Shown here one piece after another: positions 63,272 through 64,000 of a stretch of 64,000 nt of DNA (positions are counted from its first letter, which is position 1; every line of letters starts with the position of its first letter). Source of the DNA: Candidatus Binatia bacterium (GTDB lineage Bacteria > Desulfobacterota > Binatia > Bin18); the NCBI GenBank assembly GCA_963666315.2, contig CAXXHG010000046.1:12131-76130 (forward strand), in the 5' to 3' direction. Position numbers and translations under genes: made by a program. The notes under the pieces are model-generated. The model saw only the letters and a program-made list of their open reading frames with translations. It searched no databases and was not told the origin of the DNA.

Positions 63272-64000
63272 ATGCACCGTATCCACAATGATACACGCGA
63301 CGGCTTGCCTTCAGCTTCCCAGGGAGAGCCGTTTCTACCCGGTCCCACTTTTGCCGCTCCATATCATGCAGCCGGCGACCCTGCACAAGCGCCATTCACC
63401 TACGGCCGCTTCCACAATCCGACCTGGGCCCGTTTTGAACAGGCGCTCAGTGAACTGGAACGCGGGAGCGTCTTGGTCTTCGCCTCGGGCATGGCAGCCG
63501 TGAGCGCCGTTTTTGGAACCGTTTTACGGCCCAAAGATATTGCCGTTCTCCCCTCGGATAATTACTACACCACGCGCGTCATTGCCCAGGGCTATTTTAC
63601 GGAAATGGGGGTGCAAGTACGCATGGCACCCACGGCGGGAAACGCCTTAGGAGAGTGTCTCGATGGCGCAAAACTGTTGTGGCTCGAATCTCCCAGTAAT
63701 CCGGGACTCGATGTGTGTGATATTGCCGCGCTGACAACACAAGCGCATACAGCCGGAGCCTTCGTCGCAGTTGATAACACCACGCCGACGATCCTGGGAC
63801 ACGTGGCAGTGCGTGACACCGAGTGGGCGGATCGGCTCCTCACCTGGCGTACCCAGGGCGGCGCTGTTGCCGGTCCGATGGAAGTCTGGTTGGCGCATCG
63901 GTCGCTGGCAACTCTAGGCGTACGGCTCGACAGACAATGCCGGAATGCGCACGCGATTGCTGCCTATTTGGCAACACGACCGGAAGTCAGCACCGTCCGC
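63272..64000 (+). CDS. Cys/Met-metabolism PLP-dependent enzyme (cystathionine gamma-synthase/lyase family), 3' end outside the window; appears to lack the PLP-lysine segment
   Basis: AAGAGG-N2-ATG. Reads YGRFHNPTW..FEQALSELE.G...VFASGMAAV, WLESPSNP and VAVDNTTPTILG, followed directly by HVAVRD...GAVAGPMEVWLAHRSLATLGVRLDRQ. The SxTK...GHSD stretch expected between these is absent. It is not in the ORF track because it runs off the end. Confidence 0.75.
   Translation, partial: MHRIHNDTRDGLPSASQGEPFLPGPTFAAPYHAAGDPAQAPFTYGRFHNPTWARFEQALSELERGSVLVFASGMAAVSAVFGTVLRPKDIAVLPSDNYYTTRVIAQGYFTEMGVQVRMAPTAGNALGECLDGAKLLWLESPSNPGLDVCDIAALTTQAHTAGAFVAVDNTTPTILGHVAVRDTEWADRLLTWRTQGGAVAGPMEVWLAHRSLATLGVRLDRQCRNAHAIAAYLATRPEVSTVR

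Noticed and set aside
1-64000. Search for tRNA/rRNA genes, CRISPR arrays, transposases, integrases, and phage or conjugation genes.
   Set aside because: None found by eye. There are no GGTTCGAATCC-type T-arm sequences in intergenic regions, no short regularly spaced repeats, and no DDE, tyrosine- or serine-recombinase motifs in any long ORF.

Overview
The window is a 64-kb bacterial chromosomal segment of moderate GC. I saw no rRNA, tRNA, CRISPR array, transposase, integrase or phage gene. All product names come from motif and architecture recognition by eye, because no searches were possible.

An intact housekeeping backbone runs through the middle: rpmE (L31), prfA, prmC, murA, hisD, hisB, hisH, hisA, hisF, and further on moaC. 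The his genes are split into three blocks by unrelated inserts.

The surrounding genes are accessory redox and catabolic functions:
- cytochrome P450 and an MFS transporter
- a PQQ dehydrogenase
- three luciferase-like (LLM) oxidoreductases
- GFA, DinB-like, GST and truncated-haemoglobin genes
- BKACE, a Tat-exported aldo/keto reductase, enoyl-CoA hydratase and a family III CoA-transferase
- several NTF2/SnoaL-like proteins
- a paralogous hydantoinase/oxoprolinase (HyuA/HyuB) cluster

The main observations worth a second look are:
1. An unclassified ~190-nt intergenic element occurs in three same-strand copies and has a promoter-like conserved core.
2. A 5.7-kb compositionally mosaic islet is bracketed by a diverged 79-nt direct repeat of the 3' end of an LPS-kinase gene. 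It carries alkB, a GNAT, a DsbA-like gene and an NHL-repeat protein.
3. Accessory genes carry an unusually heavy load of in-frame stops, frameshifts and truncations, while every housekeeping gene is intact. Affected genes include an EPS-export locus, a FliK/FlhB-like pair, three toxin-antitoxin remnants, an SDR, a methyltransferase, a second hyuB and a PLP enzyme. Many of the frameshifts sit in homopolymers and could be sequencing artefacts. The nonsense codons cannot be explained that way.
4. A ~65-nt box is shared upstream of the P450 and MFS genes.
5. The NHL-repeat gene contains a near-identical internal duplication and a G10 tract.
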